Assembly: GCA_964016885.1 (NCBI GenBank)
Contig: CAXHJY010001578.1
Span: 1 to 36,132, forward strand
DNA length: 36,132 nucleotides
Direction: 5' to 3'
DNA from: Eledone cirrhosa
Taxonomy: Eukaryota
Shown: positions 1 through 10,857 of the stretch, piece by piece
How the letters are laid out: the number at the start of each line of letters is the position of its first letter
How positions within the stretch are numbered: the first letter of the stretch is position 1
The notes under the pieces: model-generated
Databases searched by the model: none
Told to the model about the DNA's origin: nothing
The model's input: the letters and a program-made list of their open reading frames with translations, nothing else
Position numbers and translations under genes: made by a program

Positions 1-236
1 ATATATATATTTATATATATATATATATATTATATATATATAATTATATATAAATATATAAAATATATATGATATATATATAATAATATAATATAAAATA
101 TAATATATATAACTAATATATATATAATATATATCAATCTATAACATATATATATTATACTATATATATATAATATATATATAATATATATAATATATAT
201 ATATTATATATAAATAATAATATATATATATAATAT

Positions 237-273
<37 letters not shown>

Positions 274-518
274 CTATATATAAAATATATCTATATATAT
301 AATTAATATATATATATATAATATATTATATATAATATATAATATATATATATAATATTAATATAATATATATAATATATATATATAAATATATATATAA
401 TATCTAATTATATATATAATATATATATATATAATATATATAATATATATATATATAATATATGTATATATATATAATTATATATATATATTATATATAT
501 AATATATATATATGTGTG

Positions 519-550
<32 letters not shown>

Positions 551-599
551 TATAATATATGTATATACATATATATATATATAATATATGTATATATAT

Positions 600-674
<75 letters not shown>

Positions 675-748
675 ATAATAATAAATTTGAAGACTAAAAT
701 CCAAAGAGGGCTCGATAGGATAAATATATATCAAATATATAAGAAACT

Positions 749-801
749 GAGTTTCAGAAGATCCCGTTAAGGGTGAAAGCAGCGATTCTTTGCTTAAACT
801 T
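749..801 (+). ncRNA. Degenerate type I hammerhead ribozyme motif (core U4 changed to A)
   Basis: GAGTTT-CAGAAGA-tCCC gttaa GGGt-GAAA-GCAG cgattct TTGC-TT-AAACTT. Stems I, II and III all pair; the core reads CAGAAGA instead of CUGANGA. Confidence 0.55.
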
Positions 802-811
802 TAATCTCTTA

Positions 812-880
<69 letters not shown>

Positions 881-881
<1 letters not shown>

Positions 882-947
882 CGAAGGAAGTGTGGTAAGG
901 AACCAGTTGGACCATAACGCACCAGAATATTCGAAACTTTGGGTAGT
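881..947 (-). mobile_element. Family A short element, terminal fragment in (TA)n
   Basis: ACGAAGGAAGTGTGGTAAGGAACCAGTTGGACCATAACGCACC matches copies at 5581, 6168, 21072, 24871 and reverse copies ending at 24848 and 32247. Confidence 0.8.
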
Positions 948-1311
948 ATATACATACATACATATATATATATGAATATATACATATATACATATATATA
1001 CATATATATGTATATATAAATATATATATATATAAATTTATAATTCTTCGGCTCTGTTTAATTACATTGAGCTATATCCTATACTGTCATTTCTATAATA
1101 TGAAGATGGTGTTTAACTCCAACACACTCTAGTATTTTAATTCTTATTCTTATATAAATATATATAAATATATATATGTAGATAAATCTACCAAGAGTTT
1201 ACGGTAGGGTCCAATCCGTATGAAGAACTCAATGTAATCCGGATATCATGGAAAGAAGAGATGCATTCAAAAATCACTTTCGGTGAAAGATAAACGGAAT
1301 ACAGAGTCAAG

Positions 1312-1724
1312 ATAAAATATTTAAAAAATAATGAATAAAACAATGAAACAGTTCCTTATATTAAACAAAAAAAGTTCATTATTTAACGATCGTTTCTAGG
1401 ACATATATGTGTTAGAATTGGCATGCATATTCAACAGATCTATGTACAAAATTATACAAAATTATACAAACTATCAAATTTAATATACATACCAACACAT
1501 ATATATGCCGTCTTCTTATTTCTGAAGACGGCATATATATGTGTTGGTATGTATATTAAATTTGATAGTTTGTATAATTTTGTATAATTTTGTACATAGA
1601 TCTGTTGAATATGCATGCCAATTCTAACACATATATGTCCTAGAAACGATCGTTAAATAATGAACTTTTTTTGTTTAATATAAGGAACTGTTTCATTGTT
1701 TTATTCATTATTTTTTTAATATTT

Positions 1725-1727
<3 letters not shown>
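1312..1727. repeat. Fold-back palindrome, ~200-bp arms, 8-nt loop
   Basis: 1312-1515 is the near-perfect reverse complement of 1524-1727; apex GCCGTCTTC-ttatttct-GAAGACGGC. Confidence 0.95.
1516..1660 (+). ncRNA. Type I hammerhead ribozyme motif with long stem II
   Basis: TTATTT-CTGAAGA-(~114-nt imperfect hairpin, ggcatatatatgtgttgg...ctaacacatatatgtcc)-GAAA-C GATC G-TT-AAATAA. Perfect 6-bp stem I, palindromic stem III, GUU site. The base of stem II is imperfect. Confidence 0.7.
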
Positions 1728-1810
<83 letters not shown>

Positions 1811-1994
1811 TATATATATCTATATATCTGTGACTGACGAAGGACTATTTTTATCATATGTAACCCATGTGCAACCAAGCAGTATTCTTTCTTCTCATGT
1901 TTTTTATATATATATATATATATATATATTATTCCTTTCCTCCCTAGGTCCTAACGATATATAACTACATGCATAATGTTTTTTTAATTTGAAT

Positions 1995-2157
<163 letters not shown>

Positions 2158-2269
2158 GCTTTCCTCTCCATGTCCTGGAATGTAGCATGTTGTCAGAGCA
2201 AACACTCCGACAACATGCTACATTATTTGTTTTTTAAAATAATCACACAATGAAATAGGTTTTCTCAGG

Positions 2270-2640
2270 TTGTAGATAACAAGATAGTGATCAGTTGACA
2301 GCTTAGCCTCTAACTTAGCGAACATCCAGCACAGTATCGAAGAGATCAGAGACAATAACAAGATTAGTTATTGATCTCTGTCCCAGATATCCCTTAGACC
2401 ATGTATATTTATGGATGTCTTTGTGCTGGAAGAAGCTGTTCATAATAGACTGCTGATTACTAGAACAGAAGTTTAATGAGGCCACCCCATTCATGTTTAG
2501 ATCACGATCGCTTTCTTTCCAGTCACTCCTTTCCATATCAGGTGCTCAGTACCAACATGTCCACTGAAGTCTCCCATCAGGATATATGACTCAGTCTTAA
2601 CTACATCTAACGCTGCGGTGACTTCATCAAGAAATACGTA
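2270..2640 (-). pseudogene. LINE (RTE-like) apurinic endonuclease fragment
   Basis: Translates with frameshifts to ILMGDFSGHVG...DLNMNG...FCSSNQQSIMNSFFQHKDIHKYTW...VLDVR...LSTDHYLV, typical APE motifs. Confidence 0.8.
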
Positions 2641-2689
2641 CTGTCAACTCTCCTATTCATAATCTTCATGAACAGCATTGACATGTGCA

Positions 2690-3122
2690 GCTGGGGTGGA
2701 ACTGGTATCATGACTGACGGCTGTAGGATCAGTCGGCTGGAATTGGTGGACGACATCGTTTTATTTAACTGGTCAAAAGGGGATTTCCGACAAGCACTTG
2801 ATAGGAGTGCTGCACGGCTGGAATGAAAATCACTGCTGCGAAAACTGAGACAGCCGTTCTTTCAAGGAATCCTGCACAGTGCGCTCTACATGTGAATGGA
2901 GTTTCACTGAAACATGTGGAGAAGTTCAAGTATCTCGGGACTGTGATCATGAGTGATGGAAGGCAGGGGGCTGAATTAAGTGCAAGAATTGAAGGAGCTG
3001 GTGCAGTAATGCGCCATCTAAGTATTCGGTTATCAAAAGAAGTGAGGTAGGTATAAAAGCCAAATTAATTATCTTCAGTTCGGTTTTCATGCCAACCCTT
3101 AACTATACTCAGGAATCTTGAG
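2690..3122 (+). pseudogene. LINE (RTE-like) reverse transcriptase C-terminal fragment
   Basis: LVDDIVL (degenerate ADD motif), GMKITAAKTE, VEKFKYLG, then KAKLIIFSSVFMPTL after a frameshift. Confidence 0.8.
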
Positions 3123-3203
3123 TATGCTCAGACACTTGTACGTTGATTTCACGTGCAAGCTTTTTCCTTTGTTCGTACAACTGGAACGCTGGCCGTCGAA
3201 ATT
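3123..3203 (+). mobile_element. 3' fragment of CORE-type tRNA-SINE family
   Basis: CACTTGTACGTTGATTTCACGTGCAAGC...CAACTGGAAC resembles the reverse complement of the SINE tail at 12390-12480. Confidence 0.55.
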
Positions 3204-3469
3204 CTCCAAAAAGGCGTCCATATTAGATAATTCCTCCTGTTATATGTGAAGTAATGTAAATACGATCACTATTTAACAAACCTTATTAAATGTAATGAAT
3301 TGAAATATTTTCATATATCGATTGGAGTTTATTGATTAATAACAAAGAACGATTTCAATATTTAATATGCACAGCTGTCTACCAGAGACACACATTTCAA
3401 CGTTGTGTAGTCATGTGGCTCCGTGACTACGTGCTTGTGTGTGAATTTATGTGACTACGTGTGAATTTA

Positions 3470-3635
3470 TGTGGCTTGGTGGTTAGGGTGTTCTGTTCAC
3501 GATCACAAAGTCGTGAGATTGATTACCGGAGGCGCCTTGTGTTCTCGAACAAGACACTTTATTTACTGTAGCAAAAGTCACTACAGCTGGCAAAAATAAA
3601 TTGTACCTGTAATTCAACGAGGTCAGTCTTGTGTG
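3470..3635 (+). mobile_element. tRNA-derived CORE-type SINE, 3'-truncated
   Basis: A box TGGCTTGGTGG, degenerate B box, CORE-like TCTCGAACAAGACACTTTATTT; same family as 25447-25563. Confidence 0.7.
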
Positions 3636-3902
3636 ACTGCTGCACTGTCGATTCGGTTTAGTGTCGGCTGCAATGAAAGAGATTCTAAATAAAGAGGAGA
3701 CTCGTTGTATCGAACGTTTGGTGGCGGCTGCCATGAGTGACAGGCGGCATTTACCTTTTACCTATGTATTACACTTGCCTATTTGCATATTTTTTCTTGT
3801 TTATGCAATTTAAACGTCTGAATAAAGTGGTAGCGCCATGACAGACTGAGAAGATATTTAACACCTCATAATCAACGTACAAAAAGAAAGGATAGATAGA
3901 TA

Positions 3903-4530
<628 letters not shown>

Positions 4531-4532
<2 letters not shown>

Positions 4533-5245
4533 GTTGTATTCTTGTCTGTTTGTTTGTTTATTCAACGAAGTCCTCCTATGGTTTTGGAGATAGACCCCCC
4601 CCCCCCCACCATATCCATATATATTCTGAAACTACATTGCCCAGGGTACTTGGATAAGTATATTTCATTTTAATGATAAGGTTTCCTGGGGGCACAAAAC
4701 CTCCGCTGAAAAGTTTTTCCCTTCGATTTATATGAAACTTAAACCATAGGTAAATGACAAGATATGATGCCTATTCACAAAAGTTTTGAATTTATATTTT
4801 GAAAAAAATTATTTACAAGAAACAAAATAAGAATAAGATTTAATAATGTAATTTTGATTTGATATATTACAAAAAATAATTGTTTCTACTTTAGGCACAA
4901 GGCCAGCAATTATCCAGTGCATTACTGGTACTTTATTTTATCGACCCCGTAAGGATGAAAGGCAAAGTCAACCTCGGCGGGATTTGAACTCAGATCGTAA
5001 AGGGACGTAACTATGCTGGAAAGCATGGCGTCCAACCCTCTACCGATACTGCTAATCCACCGACTTATTACAAAAAATAATGTCTTCCAATTTTTCATGC
5101 ATTACATTTTACATTGAGTAATATTGAAATGCAGAGTTTTTTCTCCATAAATTATATCACTGATTTAAAATCAATCATCATTTTCTTACAAAAAAAAAAA
5201 AAGAAAATGTGTGAAACGCAGCAAGGCGCGGGTAATTCGGTTAGT
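4531..5245 (+). mobile_element. Probable non-autonomous Helitron-like element interrupted by a SINE
   Basis: 5' GTCTGTTTGTTTGTTT after (TA)n, and 3' GC-rich GCAGCAAGGCGCGGGTAATTCGGTTAG resembling Helitron ...GCGCGGG...CTAG ends. Pattern recognition only. Confidence 0.4.
4881..5065 (-). mobile_element. tRNA-derived SINE family B with 16-bp target-site duplication
   Basis: Minus strand has GGTGGATTAGCAGTATCGGTAGAG (A box), GAGTTCAAATCCC (B box) and core GACTTTGCCTTTCATCCTTACGGGGTCGATAAAA. TATTACAAAAAATAAT occurs at 4865-4880 and 5066-5081. Confidence 0.9.
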
Positions 5246-5246
5246 G

Positions 5247-5282
<36 letters not shown>

Positions 5283-5286
<4 letters not shown>

Positions 5287-5501
5287 GACAAACATAGAAT
5301 ATTCGAAAATATTCTGTATGTTTATAATAAACATTTTGGAGACCCAATCGCTATAGAATAGAATACGTCACGTATTACAATTTGAGATTCTCGATAAAAG
5401 TAAGGGAAGTAATCTACGCGTTTCATTCTATAGCGATTGGGTCTCCAAAATGTTTATTATAAACATACAGAATATTTTCGAATATTCTATGTTTGTCTTC
5501 A
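5283..5501. repeat. Inverted repeat, 77-bp arms, 65-bp spacer holding an HHR 3' half
   Basis: 5283-5359 is the reverse complement of 5425-5501; minus strand GAAACGCGTA at 5415-5424. Confidence 0.85.
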
Positions 5502-5532
5502 CATATATATCGCTATTTCAGAGCATTAAATC

Positions 5533-5580
<48 letters not shown>

Positions 5581-5581
<1 letters not shown>

Positions 5582-5757
5582 CGAAGTAAATGTGGTAAGG
5601 AACCAGGTGGACCATAACGCACCAAAGTACTCAATACTTAGGGTAGTAGAGTGGGTAATAGGAACGAGTAGAACCCCGACGGCTGAGCTAAAGTCGTTTT
5701 TAGTCCAGAATTAGCTGACGAAACGGCTTGAGCTCAGCCGTCGGGGTCCTACTCGTT

Positions 5758-5760
<3 letters not shown>
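5581..5760. mobile_element. Family A fold-back element with HHR 3' half
   Basis: Contains GAAACGGCT-tgagctc-AGCCGTC-GGGGTC and its inverted copy; flanked by (TA)n on both sides. Confidence 0.85.
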
Positions 5761-5805
<45 letters not shown>

Positions 5806-5809
<4 letters not shown>

Positions 5810-6160
5810 TATTTGGGGAGGGTCATATTATTATAATATTGCCAGAAATAATAAAAAACCGGACTCACTTTTTGGATTGGATTGGTTTTCGCTTCTGTAT
5901 ATTTCACATCTCTATAGTTAATTTATCAGGCACTCAATGATTATCATTGATTGATCTCAACGGTTGAAAAAATAGATATAATTATATATATATAATCTAT
6001 CAAAGTTCTTTCATCATACGACTGTGACATCATCAGTGGAATTAATATGTTTCCTCCCATTGTATTGTAATGTCTATTCTATTTTTTTAAAAATACATAA
6101 CACACTATTGGGATTGGAACTCACTCCCTTACCAATGAACCATGCACTCTCACAGAATAT
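5806..6160 (-). mobile_element. Family D short element with degenerate HHR at 5998-6041
   Basis: Terminus GTTATATTTGGGGAGGGTCAT matches 18523; minus strand CTGATGA-TGTCACAGTCGTATGAT-GAAA-GAACTT-TGATA aligns with the HHR at 18676-18720. Confidence 0.6.
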
Positions 6161-6167
6161 ATATATA

Positions 6168-6415
6168 TAACAAAGAAGGTGTGGTAAGATACCAGGTGTA
6201 CCATAACGCACTAGAGTACTCGATACTTGGGGTAGTAGAGTGGGTAATATGAAAAGAGTCAGGAGCCCGACGGCTGAGCTCCGACTGTTTCAACAGCTAG
6301 ATCCCGTCAGCTAGATATGTGACAAGGTTGATCAAAAAGAAAAAAAAGAAAGTTCGGATCTAGTAGCTGTCGAAACGGCCGGAGCTCAGTCGCCGGGGTC
6401 CCTTTTCTTTTCATA
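6168..6415. mobile_element. Family A fold-back element, diverged copy with longer spacer
   Basis: Same tail, plus GAAACGGCCGGAGCTCAGTCGCCGGGGTC and its inverted copy. Confidence 0.75.
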
Positions 6416-6531
6416 ACTGACAAACCATACTGCTGTAGTTGGTATTTTTTCACCCTAGCAAACCTAGTCCCTACGATTCGGACACATGTATGTTTATATT
6501 AGTGTTCATCTCTCTTGTTTATTCAATTATA

Positions 6532-6604
<73 letters not shown>

Positions 6605-6826
6605 GGGGTAACAAATAATAGTTATATGCAGTCCACTTAGGTATAGTCCAGTTATGGTATTCCGGGTAGTGGATGATATCAACGCTTGGCTTGGTTTGAC
6701 TCAACAAGGCGTATTCATAGTGATGTTGCGAGTATGCTGTAATTCCTATGTTGTAAACACTTGGAGTAATAATAAATCAGGAAAGAAGATTGACATGGTT
6801 TGCTATACAAAAAAGGTTTTTAATCT

Positions 6827-6939
6827 CATTGCTGACAATTGTTTCTCTGAACTGGTAGGTCTAGAGATCGCTATTCGCTTGTTTTCACGTTACTCGATCG
6901 CCAATACAAAATTATAACCAGTCAGTTCTTTGGAGCATG
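6827..6939 (-). ncRNA. Hammerhead motif of the 3' pseudo-LTR (mutated core CCAAAGA)
   Basis: CATGCT-CCAAAGA-aCTGACTGGT...ACCAGTTCAGa-GAAA-C AATT G-TC-AGCAATG. Confidence 0.65.
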
Positions 6940-7668
6940 CGAGAATGAAGAGAATACACAGGCAAGAAAGGAATATACAGGCTACTATATGAAGTAGTAA
7001 TGGCATTCAGTTAGAACAATAACAACAATTACAACAATGCTATTAATAAATTATTTGAGGAGACCCTGACATTACATTAGGTGGGGGGTATAGTGTATCT
7101 AAGATTTCGGCGTGTAAACCTAGCTGACATGAAGCAGAAGTAAAAGTTTGGCATGTACGGAGTATCGTAGGGTGTATTGTATCAATTTTAAATTTTAAAG
7201 ATAAGCCGGTGTTTACAGTCTTTCTTTTCATCTTCAATAACTGTCAAAGCTAAATAGTGGGCGAGTTAATACAGAGGTTAAGGAGGTAATATACACATAT
7301 ATATACATACACATATACACAAACATATATATATATACACACGCATGTGTACACAGACACATACATACACATCAATATACACTCGTACAAAAATATACAT
7401 ACATGCAAAGAGATAAGCGTGCTGATTGTAATTATGGCAAAAGGAAGGTAAAGTTACATTGTAGTAGTGATTTGAGAAATACTTGGATTTAGGATCAAGT
7501 GATGGCAGCAGCTGAGAAGGAATAAGTTTGTGGGTTGATGAGGTACTTACAGACATTTGTGTGGTATAGACTTGTGAAGGCTAGAGTGTACTTAATGAGT
7601 ATATTTCTGTGGTGATTTATGCAGGGTAGTGGGTATCCTAGTTTAAAGCTATGTTGTGTTGGTTCGAT

Positions 7669-9117
7669 TCACGGAGGTTTGAATCTTATGAATTTAGTGG
7701 CAATTCTATGTCTGCAGAAGATAGATCTTTCTAACTTATTGTTAAGTAGCCTTTTTACATTTTTGAGGATATACATTAGTTCTAGATCACATAGCCCGCA
7801 GTGGGACATACCTGTACTATAGGTTTTAGCAGCCGACAACTTCGACCAGTTAATACTGTAGTTAGTGCTGCTGTCCTTCAGTTCCCATATTTTTTTGGCG
7901 AGGGTTGTGGAACCCATAAGTGCACGGCTTTTCATTGAGTGCCTGTGCACATACCATCTTTTTTTAAAAGAACCCGCGGTGGATCCTATGTAATTCCAAG
8001 TGGAGTCATCCGAGTTGACCGTGCACATATATACTAGGCTCGAATCGAGACATCTGTTCGCTAATTGGCACCTATCTGGTAGGTGACAGTTACAGTTTGA
8101 GGCGCTATTTTGTGCAGCTTCTACACTCCTGTTTAGTACTGTGTTATAAGTGGGTTGTGATATATGCCCATTGGGGTTTTGCTGCTGCGCGTTTGTATCC
8201 GCTTGCGGTTGTGATGTTGTGATGTGTTTATGCTTATAATTTGGTGCTACGTTATGCATAGGTGCGGTTGATTTACTAGAGATATTTCTGTGGTTGATCT
8301 TGCGTATGTGTGATTCTATATTTGCTGCTGTCGAGTATGAGAGTTTTATAGTAAATCTATTGAGTATTTTGTGATATCTATGTGAGATAGGGAAGTGTTT
8401 ATCTATAAGTTTAAAGAATGTAGAGGGCAGTCTAGTTTTTATAGAGGAGTTGAATATTGGGTTGAACCATAGGTATTTTCGTTGTCTGTTTCTACTATTG
8501 TTTCTTGGGTTTACGTTATTAATGTTTTGACCGTTTACTCCAGGTGTTACGTGCCTAACCCTATGTCTAGTCCAGCTATTTCTATTATTGTGTGAGCGGT
8601 TGGTGTAGTAATTACTAGGATTGTTTACGTTGTCTTTATTCACTATATACTGCAGTTTATCTTTATGACCGGCCCTACGTAATGCTGCATTATAATAGTC
8701 AGCATGTTCGTTAAAGATTTCTAGGTTAGAGGATAAGCGGGATATTCGGAGGGATATACTACGTGCTATGGATCTAATTATGGATTTGGGGTGGTTTGAG
8801 TTGTAACTAATGTAGGCAAGATTTTCATTATTTTTGTGGAAAGGTTCTATTAATCCCGTATTTAGATTTAGAATCACATCTAGAAAGTTTACCTTCTTAT
8901 GGTTCAGTTCGTAGGTAATACTTAGGCCTAGTTTTTTGAAGAATATTCTAATATTTTTTCTTAGTCTTTCCATGCTCTGGTTGTTTAGGTTCCTAGCTAT
9001 AAGTAGCGTGTCGTCCCTATAAATTCCTCCTTGGAGGTTACTGAATTCCTTATGTAGGTTGTGTGCTATGAATAGCCCCACGATATCTATGATTTGCGCA
9101 GAGTCATTTGATCCCAT
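7669..9117 (-). CDS. Penelope-like RT (C-terminal half) and GIY-YIG endonuclease, 5'-truncated
   Basis: SFNITMGSNDSAQIIDIVG, GIYRDD, VNFLDVILNL, SNHP, WFNP, IDKHFP, Cys linker CNC..C..C, VYMC...YIGST..FKKR..H, CGLCDLE, LLN, CRH. The annotated ATG is internal to the RT. Confidence 0.92.
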   Translation of the reverse strand: MGSNDSAQIIDIVGLFIAHNLHKEFSNLQGGIYRDDTLLIARNLNNQSMERLRKNIRIFFKKLGLSITYELNHKKVNFLDVILNLNTGLIEPFHKNNENLAYISYNSNHPKSIIRSIARSISLRISRLSSNLEIFNEHADYYNAALRRAGHKDKLQYIVNKDNVNNPSNYYTNRSHNNRNSWTRHRVRHVTPGVNGQNINNVNPRNNSRNRQRKYLWFNPIFNSSIKTRLPSTFFKLIDKHFPISHRYHKILNRFTIKLSYSTAANIESHIRKINHRNISSKSTAPMHNVAPNYKHKHITTSQPQADTNAQQQNPNGHISQPTYNTVLNRSVEAAQNSASNCNCHLPDRCQLANRCLDSSLVYMCTVNSDDSTWNYIGSTAGSFKKRWYVHRHSMKSRALMGSTTLAKKIWELKDSSTNYSINWSKLSAAKTYSTGMSHCGLCDLELMYILKNVKRLLNNKLERSIFCRHRIATKFIRFKPP

Positions 9118-9209
9118 TGTTATATTGAAGCTATTTATCCTATCTTTTCTTACCCTTCATATAGTAGCCTGTATATTCCTTTCATGCCTGTGTATTCTCT
9201 TCATTCTCG

Positions 9210-9322
9210 CATGCTCCGAAGAACTGACTGGTTATAATTTTGTATTGGCGATCGAGTAACGTGAAAATAAGCGAATAGCGATCTCTAGACCTACCAGTTC
9301 AGAGAAACAATTGTTAGCAATG
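9210..9322 (+). ncRNA. Hammerhead motif of the inverted pseudo-LTR (core CCGAAGA)
   Basis: CATGCT-CCGAAGA-aCTGACTGGT...ACCAGTTCAGa-GAAA-C AATT G-TT-AGCAATG. Confidence 0.68.
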
Positions 9323-9526
9323 AGATTAAAAACCTTTTTTGTATAGCAAACCATGTCAATCTTCTTTCCTGATTTATATATATATATATATATGAAATTA
9401 TTAGAAATGTAAGCTATCGCCGTATTTTGACTAAAGAAATTAAAGAAATTATTTAGCCTGATAGTGGGGTTAATAACCCTCGGAGAAATGGAAAAAGATG
9501 AGTATTGACGTACATATATATATATA

Positions 9527-9659
9527 TAATGTATAATAAACAATACAATATAATTACCTCATTACCAGAGGCTTCCCGAACAAGACGAATACAAGAAACG
9601 TCTTATTCGGGAGACCTCTGGTAATGAGGTAATTATATTGTATTGTTTATTATACATTA
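9527..9659. repeat. Fold-back palindrome, ~60-bp arms, apex at GAAACGTC
   Basis: 9527-9587 is the reverse complement of 9599-9659 with few mismatches. Confidence 0.9.
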
Positions 9660-9733
9660 AATTTAGCTCTGGTACTTACATAGAGCACTCTTCACTCCTA
9701 TGACTTTTTCAATTTTCAACGGAAACTTCAATA

Positions 9734-9783
<50 letters not shown>

Positions 9784-9813
9784 ATCAAAAGATGGTTAAA
9801 AGAGTTCCATGTA

Positions 9814-9880
9814 TTTTATTATGCGCATTTCAAAAACAAATATCATCATGCAATAACATTTGCGTTTACGTCAGATAAAA
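9814..9880 (-). ncRNA. Type I HHR, core variant CUGACGU
   Basis: Mirror of 10008-10074 with A9 changed to U. Confidence 0.65.
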
Positions 9881-10007
9881 TAGGGAGACATGATATGAAG
9901 GTTAAAACACACTTGTGAATAGTGCAGTTTTAAATCAACATATTTAAATTTAAATGAAAACTGCACTATTCACAAGTGTGTTTTAACCTTCATATCATGT
10001 CTCCCTA

Positions 10008-10074
10008 TTTTATCTGACGAAAACGCAAATGTTATTGCATGATGATATTTGTTTTTGAAATGCGCATAATAAAA
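10008..10074 (+). ncRNA. Type I hammerhead ribozyme
   Basis: TTTTAT-CTGACGA-AAACGCAAATGTTATT..GATGATATTTGTTTTT-GAAA-T GCGC A-TA-ATAAAA; full core, perfect stem I, AUA site. Confidence 0.82.
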
Positions 10075-10199
10075 TACATGGAACGCTTTTAACCATCTTT
10101 TGATCTTATATATTATTTATACTCCAGTCCTACAAACTGTAGAGTGCTACTTATCCGATATCTGCATTGCTTTATTGTACTACAATAAAACTCACCTCC

Positions 10200-10261
<62 letters not shown>

Positions 10262-10395
10262 CAGGCTGCCATCTCTAGCAGCTTGCTCTGTTCATATCAC
10301 CGGTCACTGCCTCGTGCACGTATTTCCCTTCTCTTTACACGTGCGACAGGTGGTTTACTATAGTTCTCTCTTTAGTTGTGCGGACAATATCGGTT

Positions 10396-10478
10396 TTGCA
10401 CATGCTGATGACCCACTGGGCCGAATTGTTACCCACTAAATGACGAAACAATCTCCTGGTGAGTATGTACAGGTGTAA
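10396..10478 (+). ncRNA. Type I HHR motif with long stem III and degenerate stem II
   Basis: TTGCACATG-CTGATGA-...-GAAA-CAATCTC ctggt GAGTATG-TA-CAGGTGTAA; stem I has 8 of 9 pairs. Confidence 0.6.
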
Positions 10479-10713
10479 TCTAGTTATGAGGTTGGTTTCT
10501 CATTTTAATTTATACTTTCAATTATAATGTTTTTCCTACACCCCTCTTAGCTTATATTCTCTTCACGCTGGTAGTTTGAAATCCTGTAAGGGAAAACACA
10601 CTCTTCTGCGTTTTTCCCCTCTATATATTGTATTTTAAAGTGCCCAGGAAAACTCTTTCCTTTGAGCTCATTTAATTTCAGGATTATACGCGAATCCTTT
10701 ACTCCCTTGTTTT

Positions 10714-10794
<81 letters not shown>

Positions 10795-10857
10795 CTGTGT
10801 GTATGCATAGTTATGTAGTTTCTGTTTTGTGTTGTCTATATGCAACCGTTGTGTGCA

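Larger units (their letters stand above)
1..1035. repeat. (TA)n microsatellite / AT low-complexity tract interrupted by two short inserts
   Basis: Directly visible; the overlapping ORFs are Tyr-Ile repeats. Confidence 0.95.
6772..9377 (-). mobile_element. 5'-truncated Penelope-like retroelement with inverted pseudo-LTR
   Basis: RT plus GIY-YIG ORF; 223-bp inverted repeats at 6772-6994 and 9155-9377, each with an HHR motif. Confidence 0.88.
9781..10107. mobile_element. Family B fold-back element with an HHR in each ~150-bp arm
   Basis: 9781-9931 is the reverse complement of 9957-10107; single-arm homolog at 25716-25880. Confidence 0.92.

Noticed and set aside
1210-1300. Possible HHR (ATGAAGA...GAAAG)
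   Set aside because: Core mismatch and no credible stem III or NUH site.
1826-1960. CTGACGA-AGGAC...GTCCT possible HHR
   Set aside because: No GAAA after the putative stem, and it is interrupted by (TA)n.
7085-7245. Second HHR in the PLE 3' region (minus GAAATCTTAGATA)
   Set aside because: No matching CUGANGA or stem I found.
9450-9495. CTGATAG-GGGTT/AACCC hairpin as HHR
   Set aside because: Both core strands deviate and there is no stem I.
9232-9543. Upstream continuation of the PLE RT
   Set aside because: The segment is the inverted pseudo-LTR plus (TA)n; it has no RT motifs.
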